The notes: generated by a model not told the origin, from the letters alone. 64,000 nucleotides of DNA from Candidatus Bathyarchaeota archaeon (GCA_963768425.1 CAVYHV010000006.1:192001-256000); one strand, 5' to 3'. Counted from the stretch's first letter, positions 52,515-62,482 are shown. Numbers and translations are program-made.

Positions 52515-53294
52515 CTATGATAGTGATGGGGTTGGTGCCTTATCAATCTCTAAACTAGCAATGTACTCGCGGTCTTTTGGCGGATTCTTGTCTCTCTCTT
52601 TTTCAAACACGATTCTGGTTTTCCAACCCAAATGTTCGGCCGCGAGTTGCAAGTGACAAATAGCAATGCCCACATTGAGCGGGAAATAGCTGCCGCCGAC
52701 GATGCTTCTGAGAAAGCCGGCTTTGGGTGAATAGGTATGAATCAGATTTTTGTCTCCGGTGAAGTACCAGTTCTGCAGGTTGATTGCTGATGGGGCTAGG
52801 CGGGCTGGTTCCAACAATTCATCCGCGCCCTCTATGTTGGTTATCTCTGAGAGGGTTTTTCTTTTAAACTGCGAAATGCTGGTTCTGTGCAGTGTTTCCT
52901 TTGGATTTCCAAACGACATCAAAATGATGAATTCTAGGCTTGAAGACTCCCTTACTTCCTTGGTTGGTTGAGGAATGCCTAGCCAGCAGCTGCCTGTGCC
53001 GGTCGCTGAAAAATACAGATCCATTTGCTGAAGCATGAAACCCATGTTTGCTTTGTATGTGTCTTTTGCTTCGGAGAATGCTGCTATGTAATGGGGTGCT
53101 TTGTTCATGCCCTTTCGGGTTACTTGGTCTGGCGAGATAATCTTGAACTCTGTTTTAATTTCGGTGGACATTGGTTTTAGGGCGTCCAGGTTCCTGGAAA
53201 TCTCGTCTAGATGATTTTGGTCAAGTTGCGCCGGATCATAGTTCCGAATTGATTTTCTCTTGAAAATCGCTTCGTACAGATCATTTTCATTCAT
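52515..53294 (-). CDS. Nitroreductase-family protein
   Basis: IFKRKSIRNY, GSCWLG and ARLAPSAINLQNW motifs. Confidence 0.88.
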   Translation of the reverse strand: MNENDLYEAIFKRKSIRNYDPAQLDQNHLDEISRNLDALKPMSTEIKTEFKIISPDQVTRKGMNKAPHYIAAFSEAKDTYKANMGFMLQQMDLYFSATGTGSCWLGIPQPTKEVRESSSLEFIILMSFGNPKETLHRTSISQFKRKTLSEITNIEGADELLEPARLAPSAINLQNWYFTGDKNLIHTYSPKAGFLRSIVGGSYFPLNVGIAICHLQLAAEHLGWKTRIVFEKERDKNPPKDREYIASLEIDKAPTPSLS

Positions 53295-53443
53295 TTTCTC
53301 ACCAGAATAATCACAAGTTGACTGCTAGTAAAAGCTTCCTTTTCGTTCTATCAACAAATGTTTCAATCGCGTTTGCTGCGGAACGATTGGTATTTATCGT
53401 CGAGGTAGGTCTATTTTGATTGTCTTTCTGGGAGTTCTGTGCT

Positions 53444-54778
53444 TTGAAGAAAACTAGAGTCATCATTATGGGTGCGGCTGGGCGAGACTTTCACAATTTT
53501 AATGTCTACTACCGGAAAAACGAGCAATACGATGTTGTCGCTTTTACAGCTGCTCAAATTCCTAACATTGAAAAAAGAGTGTACCCTGCAGTTCTGGCGG
53601 GACCAAACTATCCTGAGGGCATTCCGATCTTTTCAGAAGAGAGACTTGTTGACCTCATTAGGGAATACGAAGTTGAAGAAGTTGTCTTCGCTTACAGCGA
53701 TGTTTCACACGAATACGTGATGCATCAAGCGTCGAAGGCACTGTCAAATGGACCTGACTTTAGGCTTATGGGACCTTTGACAACTATGCTGAAAGCCAAA
53801 GTTCCCTTGATATCTGTCTGTGCTACAAGAACTGGAGCGGGAAAGAGCCAAACCTCCAGAAAAGTCGCGGAAATTCTCAAAAACCTCGGCTACAGAATCG
53901 TCATCATTAGGCATCCTATGCCATACTGCGATCTCTCCGCAGACCCAGTTCAACGATATGCTTCCTACGAGGATTTAGACAAGTATGCCTGTACAATTGA
54001 GGAGAGAGAGGAGTATGAGCCTCACATTCTGCGCGGCAACACCGTTTACGCGGGGGTCGACTACGAAAGAATCTTGGTTGACGCCGAAAAAGAAGCTGAC
54101 ATCATCGTTTGGGATGGAGGCAACAACGATCTTCCCTTCTATCGACCAGACTTGCATATTGTGGTAACGGACCCTCACAGGCCTGGGCATGAACTGACAT
54201 ACCATCCTGGCGAAACAAATCTAAGAATGGCCGATGCAGTTATCATTAACAAAGTGGATACCGCTGACCCTCTAAATGTTGAAACTGTAAGAAAAAACAT
54301 AAGAAGCGTTAATGCCACCGCCCAAATAATTGAAGCCGCCTCACCCATCACCGTTGACAAACCCGAACTCGTTACCGGAAAACGAGTTCTCGTTGTGGAA
54401 GATGGGCCAACGTTGACGCATGGACAAATGTCTTATGGAGCAGGAGCATTAGCGGCAAAGATGCTGGGCGCCAAAGAACTGGTGGATCCGCGGCAGTACA
54501 GCGTAGGCTCAATAGCTGAGGTGTTTGAGAAATATCCGCATTTGAAATCAGTTCTTCCGGCAATGGGCTACGATTCAAAACAGATTCAAGAACTGGAGCA
54601 AACAATAAACGCGGTTCCATGTGACACGGTACTTGTGGGCACTCCTATTGATTTGCGTAGGTTTCTCAACTTAAATAAGCCGAGCGCGAAAGCCAGTTAT
54701 GAGCTTAAGGAAATAGGAATCCCAACTCTCGAAGAAATATTAAAGAAATTTCTGTCAAAAACATTTATTCAAAGATAA
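53444..54778 (+). CDS. COG2403 P-loop protein (cyclic 2,3-diphosphoglycerate synthetase / arginine synthetase ArcE-like)
   Basis: GAAGRDFHNFN, RTGAGKSQTSR, EEREEYEPH, WDGGNND and EDGPTLTHG motifs. Confidence 0.8.
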   Translation: MKKTRVIIMGAAGRDFHNFNVYYRKNEQYDVVAFTAAQIPNIEKRVYPAVLAGPNYPEGIPIFSEERLVDLIREYEVEEVVFAYSDVSHEYVMHQASKALSNGPDFRLMGPLTTMLKAKVPLISVCATRTGAGKSQTSRKVAEILKNLGYRIVIIRHPMPYCDLSADPVQRYASYEDLDKYACTIEEREEYEPHILRGNTVYAGVDYERILVDAEKEADIIVWDGGNNDLPFYRPDLHIVVTDPHRPGHELTYHPGETNLRMADAVIINKVDTADPLNVETVRKNIRSVNATAQIIEAASPITVDKPELVTGKRVLVVEDGPTLTHGQMSYGAGALAAKMLGAKELVDPRQYSVGSIAEVFEKYPHLKSVLPAMGYDSKQIQELEQTINAVPCDTVLVGTPIDLRRFLNLNKPSAKASYELKEIGIPTLEEILKKFLSKTFIQR

Positions 54779-54857
54779 ATACACTTGTCTGAATACGAAT
54801 ACGTTAAAAGTCCAGCGGCAAAATGACCTTGACGATAACGTCTTTGAAGGTTGAAAA

Positions 54858-55514
54858 ATGAAGGCTCTTGCAATTAATGGAAGCCCAAGAAAAACTTGGA
54901 ACACAGCTGCAATGCTCAACAAAGCACTTGAAGGTGCAGCCTCTGAAGGTGCCGAAACAGAAATCATTCATTTGTATGACCTTAACTTTAAAGGCTGTAC
55001 GAGCTGTTTTGCCTGTAAGCTAAAGGGTGGGAAAAGCTATGGAGAATGCGCCTACAAAGACGAGATTACGCCAGTTCTCAAAAATATCCCGAAAATCGAC
55101 GCTCTTATCCTCGGCTCACCCATATACATGGGAACAATAACTGGCGAAATGAAGAAATTTCTAGAACGTCTGATCTTTCCATTTCTGGTCTATGATGTCA
55201 ACCGTTCCTCTCTGTTCCCAAAGAAGATACCGGTTGGATTCATATACACAATGGGTGCAGATGAAATCCGGCTCAAAGAGATGGGCATAGATCGGCACAC
55301 TCGCCTAAACGAGGCGATATTGGGCAGAATCTTCGGAGCATCAGAATCATTAGTCGCCACTGATACATACCAATTCGAAGACTACACAAAATACGTCTCA
55401 TCATTTGATGTGGAAGAAAAAATAATGAGACGCAAAGAAGTTTTCCCTATCGACTGCGAAAAGGCATACAAGATGGGGGCAAGATTCGCAAAAAAAACTG
55501 AACAGCAAAAATAA
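54858..55514 (+). CDS. Flavodoxin-family / iron-sulfur flavoprotein (NADPH-dependent FMN reductase fold)
   Basis: INGSPRK..NT, CTSCFAC...C and GSPIY motifs. Confidence 0.88.
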   Translation: MKALAINGSPRKTWNTAAMLNKALEGAASEGAETEIIHLYDLNFKGCTSCFACKLKGGKSYGECAYKDEITPVLKNIPKIDALILGSPIYMGTITGEMKKFLERLIFPFLVYDVNRSSLFPKKIPVGFIYTMGADEIRLKEMGIDRHTRLNEAILGRIFGASESLVATDTYQFEDYTKYVSSFDVEEKIMRRKEVFPIDCEKAYKMGARFAKKTEQQK

Positions 55515-55650
55515 CAATCAAAATAAAATTTTAGATAGACCGCTGTTAACGCTAAACAATCCCTTTTCATGCAAACTCTTTAATGCAAAAACGGGTGGTC
55601 GATAAGTTGCTTTTTTTCTTTGGTTTTTGATAGTTACTGAAGCATGCGCT

Positions 55651-55845
55651 CTCCCTGGAGGCGGGTGCGCTTTAGTTGCCTGCCCTTTTTAGCTGACTCT
55701 TTTAAGTTTCATGAGGTTGAGGATTAAAACTAAATGTATTAATTTTCTTAGGCATACGCTTGTTCACCTGTATATGCAAAGTGTATATGCAAATTGTATA
55801 TGCATTGACCCGACCGGTCGGCTTGTACACACAAGAGAGAACCTG
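55651..55845. repeat. terL micro-remnant (55651-55680) plus dispersed element copy B (55769-55845)
   Basis: CCTGGAGGCGGG..CG.TTTAGTTGCC matches 28317-28345; TGTATATGCAAA x3 + CCGACCGGTCGG + CTTGTACACACAAG. Confidence 0.75.
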
Positions 55846-55958
55846 ACTTAGGCAAATGGAATCAAGTTTGACGAGGCAGACAAGGCGTTTGAAATTATTG
55901 CTAAGAAACTGGACGGAGTCATAAAATCACTCATAACGTTCTAAGAAACAGGCGTCTA

Positions 55959-56683
55959 CTATTGACTGTAGGCTGTGCTCATGCCCTTGTCTAAGCTAGC
56001 TTCCCTTGTGATTTCTTCCACAACTTTTTGGTACCCCGATGGGTTTACAGCTTTTAGTATCTCCAGATAAAGGCCGGCTTCAGGATATGCACCTACAAAT
56101 GAGTAGCTTTCATTTACAATGGTTTTAGGTGTTCCCGTTACGCTGTATTTTTGTGCAAGATAAGGAAACACGCTGAGGTCAACCATGTCTGCTCGAATGT
56201 TTTCGTTTAGAAAAGCGAAGCTATGCGCAGCCCGCACTGCCTTTGGACAATGAGGACAAGTTGGAGAAGACATTACTTGCAGGTGAATGTTATTTGGCAT
56301 TGTTCGCACTAATACTTCAAGTCGGGGATCGAGGCTGTGCGTTCGCTGGAAACCATGATGATGTCTTCTATGAGCATCTTAAATTCAAAACCAGCCGTTA
56401 AACCAAAGAACCGGATGCCATAGTCACGTTTGCCAACAATCGCCGTTGCCGGTATCTTATCTATCTTGTAGTTCATGGCTTCATCGCCATTTAGAACAAA
56501 GTCATAGCTTTTCAAAGTTAACTTGTTTGATAAAGAACTGACTTCTCGCAACAGTTCCTCTTGATCCCCGCAGGCAGCACAACCGTCTTTTTGAGTAAAG
56601 AAAACAAGACGCACGGGATTAACCAAATTCCCAAACGCCGCCACCAAATGAGTCCTAACGTTTTCCTCAACAAAGCGTGACAT
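55959..56683 (-). CDS. Protein disulfide oxidoreductase (two thioredoxin folds), frameshifted at ~56310
   Basis: CAAC and CPHC motifs; KIPA and GIRFFG. Confidence 0.85.
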
Positions 56684-56877
56684 AATAACACCAAAAACGT
56701 TCTAGAATATTAACTACGAAACTTTTCAATTTTCTTGCCCACATCAAAAAACTCAGGAACACCCCAACTCAAAGGGGGCTGACATCTTCAAACTGATGGA
56801 TAAAAAAACATTAAAGATATCCTGACGAGGAAATACAAAATGAATTAACCCCGCGCGCAAATCAAAAAGTTCGAATC

Positions 56878-57036
56878 TTAGGGGTAGTCCAAACGAAACC
56901 AATAATCAGAATGCTGCGCAGTCAGCTCAATGTTTTTGCATTTGGGGCATAGGAAAAAAGTATTTTGAAGTTGACTTAAATCTTCAAATTCACCCTTTGC
57001 CTCCATATCGGTGCCACACTTTGGGCATTTATGCAT
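56878..57036 (-). CDS. Small CPxC(G) zinc-finger protein (52 aa, absent from ORF track)
   Basis: MHKCPKCGTDM...FLCPKCKNIE. Confidence 0.6.
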   Translation of the reverse strand: MHKCPKCGTDMEAKGEFEDLSQLQNTFFLCPKCKNIELTAQHSDYWFRLDYP

Positions 57037-57051
57037 AATTTCTCTTCCTTG

Positions 57052-57351
57052 CTAGGTTTTTGGGGCGCCTTCGTCGATTTTGGTTTCCTTACCAATGATA
57101 TCTTTCCGACGGCTCAGAATTACTGTGGTAATGGTGCTTTTTACTCCATTAATCTTCATTACTTGTTTCTGTAAGACGTTATGAAACTCCTCTATGCTTG
57201 AGGCCGAGATAAAAGAAACTATATCATATTCTCCTTTTACCTCGTAGACTTCTTTTGCATTTGGAAGCTTCGATAGCTCGCGTAGAACGTTGTTTTTCTG
57301 TGATTGGTCAATGAAAATGTTTACTGAAGCTAAGAATTGGCTCAACTTCAC
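57052..57351 (-). CDS. Lrp/AsnC ligand-binding domain protein
   Basis: EVYEVKGEYDIV...INGVKSTITTVIL. Confidence 0.85.
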   Translation of the reverse strand: MKLSQFLASVNIFIDQSQKNNVLRELSKLPNAKEVYEVKGEYDIVSFISASSIEEFHNVLQKQVMKINGVKSTITTVILSRRKDIIGKETKIDEGAPKT

Positions 57352-57634
57352 ACGCGACCTATTTTTCTAGTTTTAAAGGACAACACATAGGTTCCTCAAT
57401 GAAGATTGAGGACATCTGCCGATAATATAAAGCTGGTTATGAACTGTTCATAACTTGTCAATTTTACTCAACTATTGTTTACAGAAAAACAATAAAACTA
57501 AAACTAGTGATAAACAAGAACTGAATAAGAAGACAAATGTCTAAAAAGAGGTCAACCGATTTATGGGATCCTTCACGGTCTGGAAATAGCTTTAAGGCGC
57601 GATTCTTTCTAAACTCTTCAGGAGCTCTCCTTAA

Positions 57635-59077
57635 ATGGCAGTTACAAAAGAATATGACTTGATTGTTATCGGAACAGGATCCGGAATGGAACTTGCTTCT
57701 GCATTCGTTGAAGAAAATCCCAAAGCGAAAATCGCAGTAATCGACAAAGATGAACCTGGAGGAATCTGCCTGACAAAAGGCTGCATTCCCTCAAAACTTC
57801 TAATTTATCCAGCCGACCTTGTGAGAACGGTTCAGAAAGCTGAAAAATTCGGAATCCAAGTGGAAATCAAAAAAATAGATTCAGCAGCGGTCTTGGCACG
57901 CATGCGGTCAATTATAGACAGAGACATAGATTCGATTAGAAATGGGTTATCCAATTATAGTAACATAGACTATTACCCGTCTGTCGCCGAGTTTGTAGCA
58001 CCATACACGATAAAAATCGGGGACAACACGATAACTTCTAAGATGATTTTTCTCTCCACAGGCTCAAAACCTACTATTCCCCCTATTGAGGGTTTAGAAG
58101 AAGTCGGTTACCTGACCAGCGATACGATCCTCAAGATCATGCAACTGCCCCAAAGCATCGCCATTATAGGAGGAGGCTACATTGCTGCTGAATACAGTCA
58201 CTTTCTTTCTGCGATGGGTTCAAAAGTCACTATAATCGGGAGAAACCTACAGTTTATTCCTGAAGAAGAACCGGAAATCTCCGCATTAGCTAAAAGAGAA
58301 ATGCAAAAACACTCCACGATGCTGACTGGTCAAGAAGTGCGGAAAGTCGAAAAAACTTTGGATGGAAAAAAGAAACTAATCGCGGTCGACCGAGAATCGA
58401 AAAAGGAGACAGAAATCGTTGCTGACGAAATTCTTTTAGCGGTTGGAAGAATGCCTAACAGTGATATCCTTCACCCCGAAAAAGCCGGAATCAAAACAGA
58501 CGAAAAAGGGTTTCTGATTGTTAACGAATATCTCGAAACCACCCAACCAGGTGTCTGGGCTGTGGGAGATTCAGACGGGAAATTCATGTTCAAACACGTT
58601 GCAAACTATGAATCCCAAATCGTTTACTACAATGCCGTCGAAAAAATGAAGGTTGCTGTAGACTATCATGCTGTTCCCCACGCTGTTTTTAGTGAACCAG
58701 AAATCGCCAGCGTAGGCCTCAAAGAAAGTGAAGCAGTAGCCAAGTACACTGAAGATAACGTACTTATCGGCTTTTGGAAATATGCAGATACAGCTAAAGG
58801 AGAAGCTATGGCTTTGGAAGACGAGTTTGTTAAGGTCATAGTCGAGAGACAAACCGGACGAATAGTTGGGGCACACATCATTGGACCCCAAGCCTCGGTG
58901 CTAATTCAAGAAATAATAAACTTGATGTACACCGCTGATCAAAGCTATGAGCCGCTAAGTAACGCGATGCACATTCACCCAGCATTGAGCGAGGTTGTGG
59001 CAAGGGCATTTCATTCACTGATGACACCAGCACAGTACAGCCACCTCTTGCATGAGCACACAAATCTTCTAAAATGA
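57635..59077 (+). CDS. Dihydrolipoamide dehydrogenase-family pyridine nucleotide-disulfide oxidoreductase
   Basis: IGTGSG, GGICLTKGCIPSK, IGGGYI and HIHPALSE motifs. Confidence 0.9.
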   Translation: MAVTKEYDLIVIGTGSGMELASAFVEENPKAKIAVIDKDEPGGICLTKGCIPSKLLIYPADLVRTVQKAEKFGIQVEIKKIDSAAVLARMRSIIDRDIDSIRNGLSNYSNIDYYPSVAEFVAPYTIKIGDNTITSKMIFLSTGSKPTIPPIEGLEEVGYLTSDTILKIMQLPQSIAIIGGGYIAAEYSHFLSAMGSKVTIIGRNLQFIPEEEPEISALAKREMQKHSTMLTGQEVRKVEKTLDGKKKLIAVDRESKKETEIVADEILLAVGRMPNSDILHPEKAGIKTDEKGFLIVNEYLETTQPGVWAVGDSDGKFMFKHVANYESQIVYYNAVEKMKVAVDYHAVPHAVFSEPEIASVGLKESEAVAKYTEDNVLIGFWKYADTAKGEAMALEDEFVKVIVERQTGRIVGAHIIGPQASVLIQEIINLMYTADQSYEPLSNAMHIHPALSEVVARAFHSLMTPAQYSHLLHEHTNLLK

Positions 59078-59119
59078 AATGGGTAACTTCTGCCCTTTTA
59101 GCGGCATATGCTTGCCTGC

Positions 59120-59520
59120 TCTATCAACAAACTGTATCAACAAAGTGTATATACATTGACCGACCGGTCGGCTTGTACACACAAGAGAGAACCCCCCCTC
59201 CTGCCGGAGACCTTTCTTATTTGATTTGCGAGTTGAAACTTTAATTGACTTTAGTAAACGTTAGTTGACGCAACCTGCAAACGAAACAAGCTCTAAGCCA
59301 AAAAACAACCCATTTCACGATGGAAAAAAATTCTGCAGCAAAAAACCTTAGCTCAGCACCCGCAACTCTTCTCCCGCAGAGATCTTTTGGGATGTTTTGG
59401 GATGTTTTGGGATGTTTTGGGATGTTTTGGGATGTTTTGGGATGTTTCTAGAGACCAGTTGCAACCAAAACAAGCCCCAGACAAGCAAAGCAACCCAAAA
59501 CACCAACAGAAAAATTTTGA
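59120..59520. repeat. Dispersed non-coding element copy C, including 10-bp tandem repeat (GATGTTTTGG) ~6.7 units at 59381-59447
   Basis: 13-bp triplet + CCGACCGGTCGG; tandem array followed by CAGTTGCAACCAA as at 46406. Confidence 0.8.
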
Positions 59521-59616
59521 ATTAAGCCAAAAGCAAAAATAAACCCCTTGCAGAAAATTAAAAAAATAAAAAAGAAAAAATTTGTAAGACTTGTAAAGAT
59601 GTTCAGCTAAATTAGC

Positions 59617-59760
59617 TTAATATCTTCTCGGTGGTCTTCGTTTTGCGTAGCATTCTCGGCAATATACTGGCCTGGTGCCGTCTGGTTTGAAAGGAACATC
59701 GCATTCTTTTCCACAGTCGGCGCAGGTTGCCTTGTGCATTTCGCGGTTGCCATATGACAT
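59617..59760 (-). CDS. CxxC-x17-CxxC domain small protein (47 aa, absent from ORF track)
   Basis: MSYGNREMHKATCADCGKECDVPFKPDGTRPVYCRECYAKRRPPRRY. Confidence 0.88.
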   Translation of the reverse strand: MSYGNREMHKATCADCGKECDVPFKPDGTRPVYCRECYAKRRPPRRY

Positions 59761-59905
59761 TTCTAATTTTCAACTCCTACTATATTTGGTGTGCAAGAAG
59801 CGGTTCTTACACAGTATCCATAAAACCTGTGTTCATCCTTATAAATTGAGTGCCTACAGGATGCAGAAAGCTTGGCTGCCCCGTGGTCATTGAGCGGTTT
59901 TTCCT

Positions 59906-60646
59906 TTGGTTTTGTTTCTTTTCGGGAGCATTATATTTATACGCGACTTAAACATTGATTTGGCAGTACAAGAAGGGAAAACCAGCAGTTTGACAGTTAT
60001 CGTTGACGACGCAGGCAGCGGCGACTTGCTTTTCGGGGTCGTAATCGGCGCTTACAGGGAAGAAACCGGCGAATTCAAGTATGACATGATAGACGTTCAC
60101 TTCTACCAGGAGATTTTCCGCGAAAAAGAGTACCTGCAAGAATCTTCCCGCGTAGTTTCTAGGCTTGTAAGCGGCTTCAACCTTAAACCCGACGAGGCAG
60201 TGCATATTTGCCAAGGATGCATCTTCGACGTCGCCGCTGAGACGCTCCGTAAAGTATACGGGGAAGACCGAGTTAAACGAGTCAGAGTGGTCGGCGAAGC
60301 CCAACGGCTTATTGAAATAGCTTATTTGGATGAGATCCGCAATTTAGGTTACGAACCACTAGCTGAACGCGAAGAGAAAAGGGGCAAAAGCTTTTTCCAC
60401 ATGATGCGTTGGCTAAAAGACAACCCGGATATGCTGCGGTATGCCAAAACGGGGTGGCCCAGGCTTAAGAATTATCATCTTTTTGAAAAGTTTCAAGAAG
60501 AGCCCGCTCACAAGGCTGTTTGCAGTGACTGCGGAGAGGAATGCGAGGTACCTTTTAAACCCCGCGAAAACCGACCTGTATACTGCCGAAAATGCTGGCC
60601 TGCCCATAGGCCTCCGAAGAAAAAACAGAAAAACGTAGTCCACTAG
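59906..60646 (+). CDS. Hypothetical protein with RNase HII-like N-terminus and C-terminal CxxC-x17-CxxC domain
   Basis: IVDDAGSGDLLFGVVIG; CSDCGEECEVPFKP..NRPVYCRKC; start probably ~59959. Confidence 0.65.
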   Translation: MVLFLFGSIIFIRDLNIDLAVQEGKTSSLTVIVDDAGSGDLLFGVVIGAYREETGEFKYDMIDVHFYQEIFREKEYLQESSRVVSRLVSGFNLKPDEAVHICQGCIFDVAAETLRKVYGEDRVKRVRVVGEAQRLIEIAYLDEIRNLGYEPLAEREEKRGKSFFHMMRWLKDNPDMLRYAKTGWPRLKNYHLFEKFQEEPAHKAVCSDCGEECEVPFKPRENRPVYCRKCWPAHRPPKKKQKNVVH

Positions 60647-60769
60647 GTCCGCTTGCAGTGCAAGGTTATTTTAAACTGCTCAGGTAAATCGCCCTGAAAA
60701 ATTGGTTTTTTGAAGGGGAAAAATATAAGCAACCCTCTGCAAGTATGTGGTAAAAGGCGTACTTGTTAG

Positions 60770-61615
60770 ATGAAATGCCAAACGTGCGGTCAGGAACTTG
60801 ATCTTCCTTTCCATTGCCCATTCTGCGGGGGACAGTTCTGTAGTGCACACCGTATACCGGAGAACCATGCCTGCCCAAACATTGGTTTTGCACGTACGCA
60901 ACGGCAAGGGCAAGTGCTAACGCCTCAGTCGTTCAATTCTTATCAGTACAGCTACAAGGTGGGTCCGCCACGTCATAACCACATTACTTCTAGCCCTAAA
61001 GAAGTCAAGCATATTTCTGTTGCTGCGGGGCTTATCGTCGCCATAGGCTTCTCTATTGGTCTCTACGGACGATACTTCGGAGGCTTCAACTTTACTTGGA
61101 CATGGACTTTAATGGCGGCTTTCGCGGCAATCATGACGGCTTCAGTTTTGATTCATGAAATGGCACATAAAATAATGGCTCAAAGAAACGGACTGTGGGC
61201 AGAGTTCCGCCTAACCACCTGGGGAGTGGTGTTGACTTTTGTCTCGGTATTCTTGCCTTTCCGCATGATTGCGCCAGGCGCCATGATGATTTCCGGTTCA
61301 CCCAGCGGCGACGAAATAGTCAAAATCTCTATAGCTGGACCCGGCACAAACCTTGTTCTATCGGCAGGCATTCTCGGAGTTGCATTTGCTTTATCTCCTA
61401 CCCCCTTTATCTCCCAAACCCCGCTTGCTGCTATGCTGTTTTTCGCCGCCTACATCAACGCTTTCTTAGCAACCTTCAACCTGATACCCTTCGGAATTCT
61501 CGACGGTTACAAGATCTTTAGCGTTAAGAAGAAAGTGTGGCTTTCAGCTTTCATTCCAAGTGTCCTTCTAGCAATCTTAACTTTCATTTTAATTTCAGTA
61601 ACACTTGCACACTAA
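60770..61615 (+). CDS. AN1-type zinc finger fused to site-2 protease (M50)
   Basis: CQTC...FHCPFCGGQFCSAHRIPENHAC; HEMAH, AGPGTN and NLIP..LDG. Confidence 0.85.
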   Translation: MKCQTCGQELDLPFHCPFCGGQFCSAHRIPENHACPNIGFARTQRQGQVLTPQSFNSYQYSYKVGPPRHNHITSSPKEVKHISVAAGLIVAIGFSIGLYGRYFGGFNFTWTWTLMAAFAAIMTASVLIHEMAHKIMAQRNGLWAEFRLTTWGVVLTFVSVFLPFRMIAPGAMMISGSPSGDEIVKISIAGPGTNLVLSAGILGVAFALSPTPFISQTPLAAMLFFAAYINAFLATFNLIPFGILDGYKIFSVKKKVWLSAFIPSVLLAILTFILISVTLAH

Positions 61616-61708
61616 GTGCTCCGCTTTTCAGACTTAATTCCATTCCTTTAGAGCACATGTTATATTTCAATACAATAATATTAATTATCGCCAGGCAGAG
61701 GGATTGCT

Positions 61709-62482
61709 TTGACATCGGACTCGGGCTCGTTTAAAAATCGTTATCTTTCGTCGAAATATGTTGAATTCTGGATGGCCGACAAAGGTATGGAGGCAGGCCG
61801 CAGCGTTTGGCGTCAAAGATTGCTTTCCTTTTTGCCTTTTGAACCAGCTGACAGCTTCCGCTTATTGGATCTGGGCACGGGAACAGGCGCCTTGAGCTTA
61901 GAAATTCTTAATCGTTTCCCAAACGTCTCCCTCACTTGCTTAGACTTCTCTGAAGCCATGCTTTCCCATGCCCGAGAACGGCTGGAAAAATTCAGCGAAA
62001 AAGTAACTTTCGTCCAAACGAACCTCCGAAACTCTGGATGGTCCAAAGCTGTCGACGGGACTTTTGATGCATTAGTCTCTTCTTTCGTCACCCACACCAT
62101 CCCTGACATGATCAAAAAGGTGTATCAGGAGCTTTTCGGGATAGTGAATCCAGACGGATGCTTCCTATCCTGCGACGTTTTTCCGCCGCCAGGTCCAGTT
62201 CTGGAACGGATTTACCACAAATCCCGGCTTCTTGACCGTCAATACGGGATCAAAATGAAAACCGGGGCAGAAAAAACCATCTCGGAAGTGGAACAACTAC
62301 TGCGGGAGCGTCGCGAAAGCTACAAGGCTTTCTTTAAGGCTGACGACAGAATCTTGACCATAGGTTCCCCGACAGTCATGAATCACCTGGAGTGGCTGAA
62401 GGAAGCTGGCTTTGACGAAGTTGACTGCCTTGAAAAACATACCCGCAACGCCATTATCGGCGGCTTTAGGAATAAACGATAG
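61709..62482 (+). CDS. Class I SAM-dependent methyltransferase
   Basis: LLDLGTGTG, LDFSEAML and FDALVSS motifs. Confidence 0.85.
   Translation: MTSDSGSFKNRYLSSKYVEFWMADKGMEAGRSVWRQRLLSFLPFEPADSFRLLDLGTGTGALSLEILNRFPNVSLTCLDFSEAMLSHARERLEKFSEKVTFVQTNLRNSGWSKAVDGTFDALVSSFVTHTIPDMIKKVYQELFGIVNPDGCFLSCDVFPPPGPVLERIYHKSRLLDRQYGIKMKTGAEKTISEVEQLLRERRESYKAFFKADDRILTIGSPTVMNHLEWLKEAGFDEVDCLEKHTRNAIIGGFRNKR

Noticed and set aside
9533-56683. Many split genes (9.55, 10.9, 11.35, 14.28, 19.85, 28.7, 29.2, 30.7, 33.4, 35.1, 36.4, 37.0, 56.3 kb) as true pseudogenes or recoding sites
   Set aside because: Single-base indels, mostly at homopolymers, in otherwise intact genes including housekeeping ones; best explained by consensus error unless reads say otherwise
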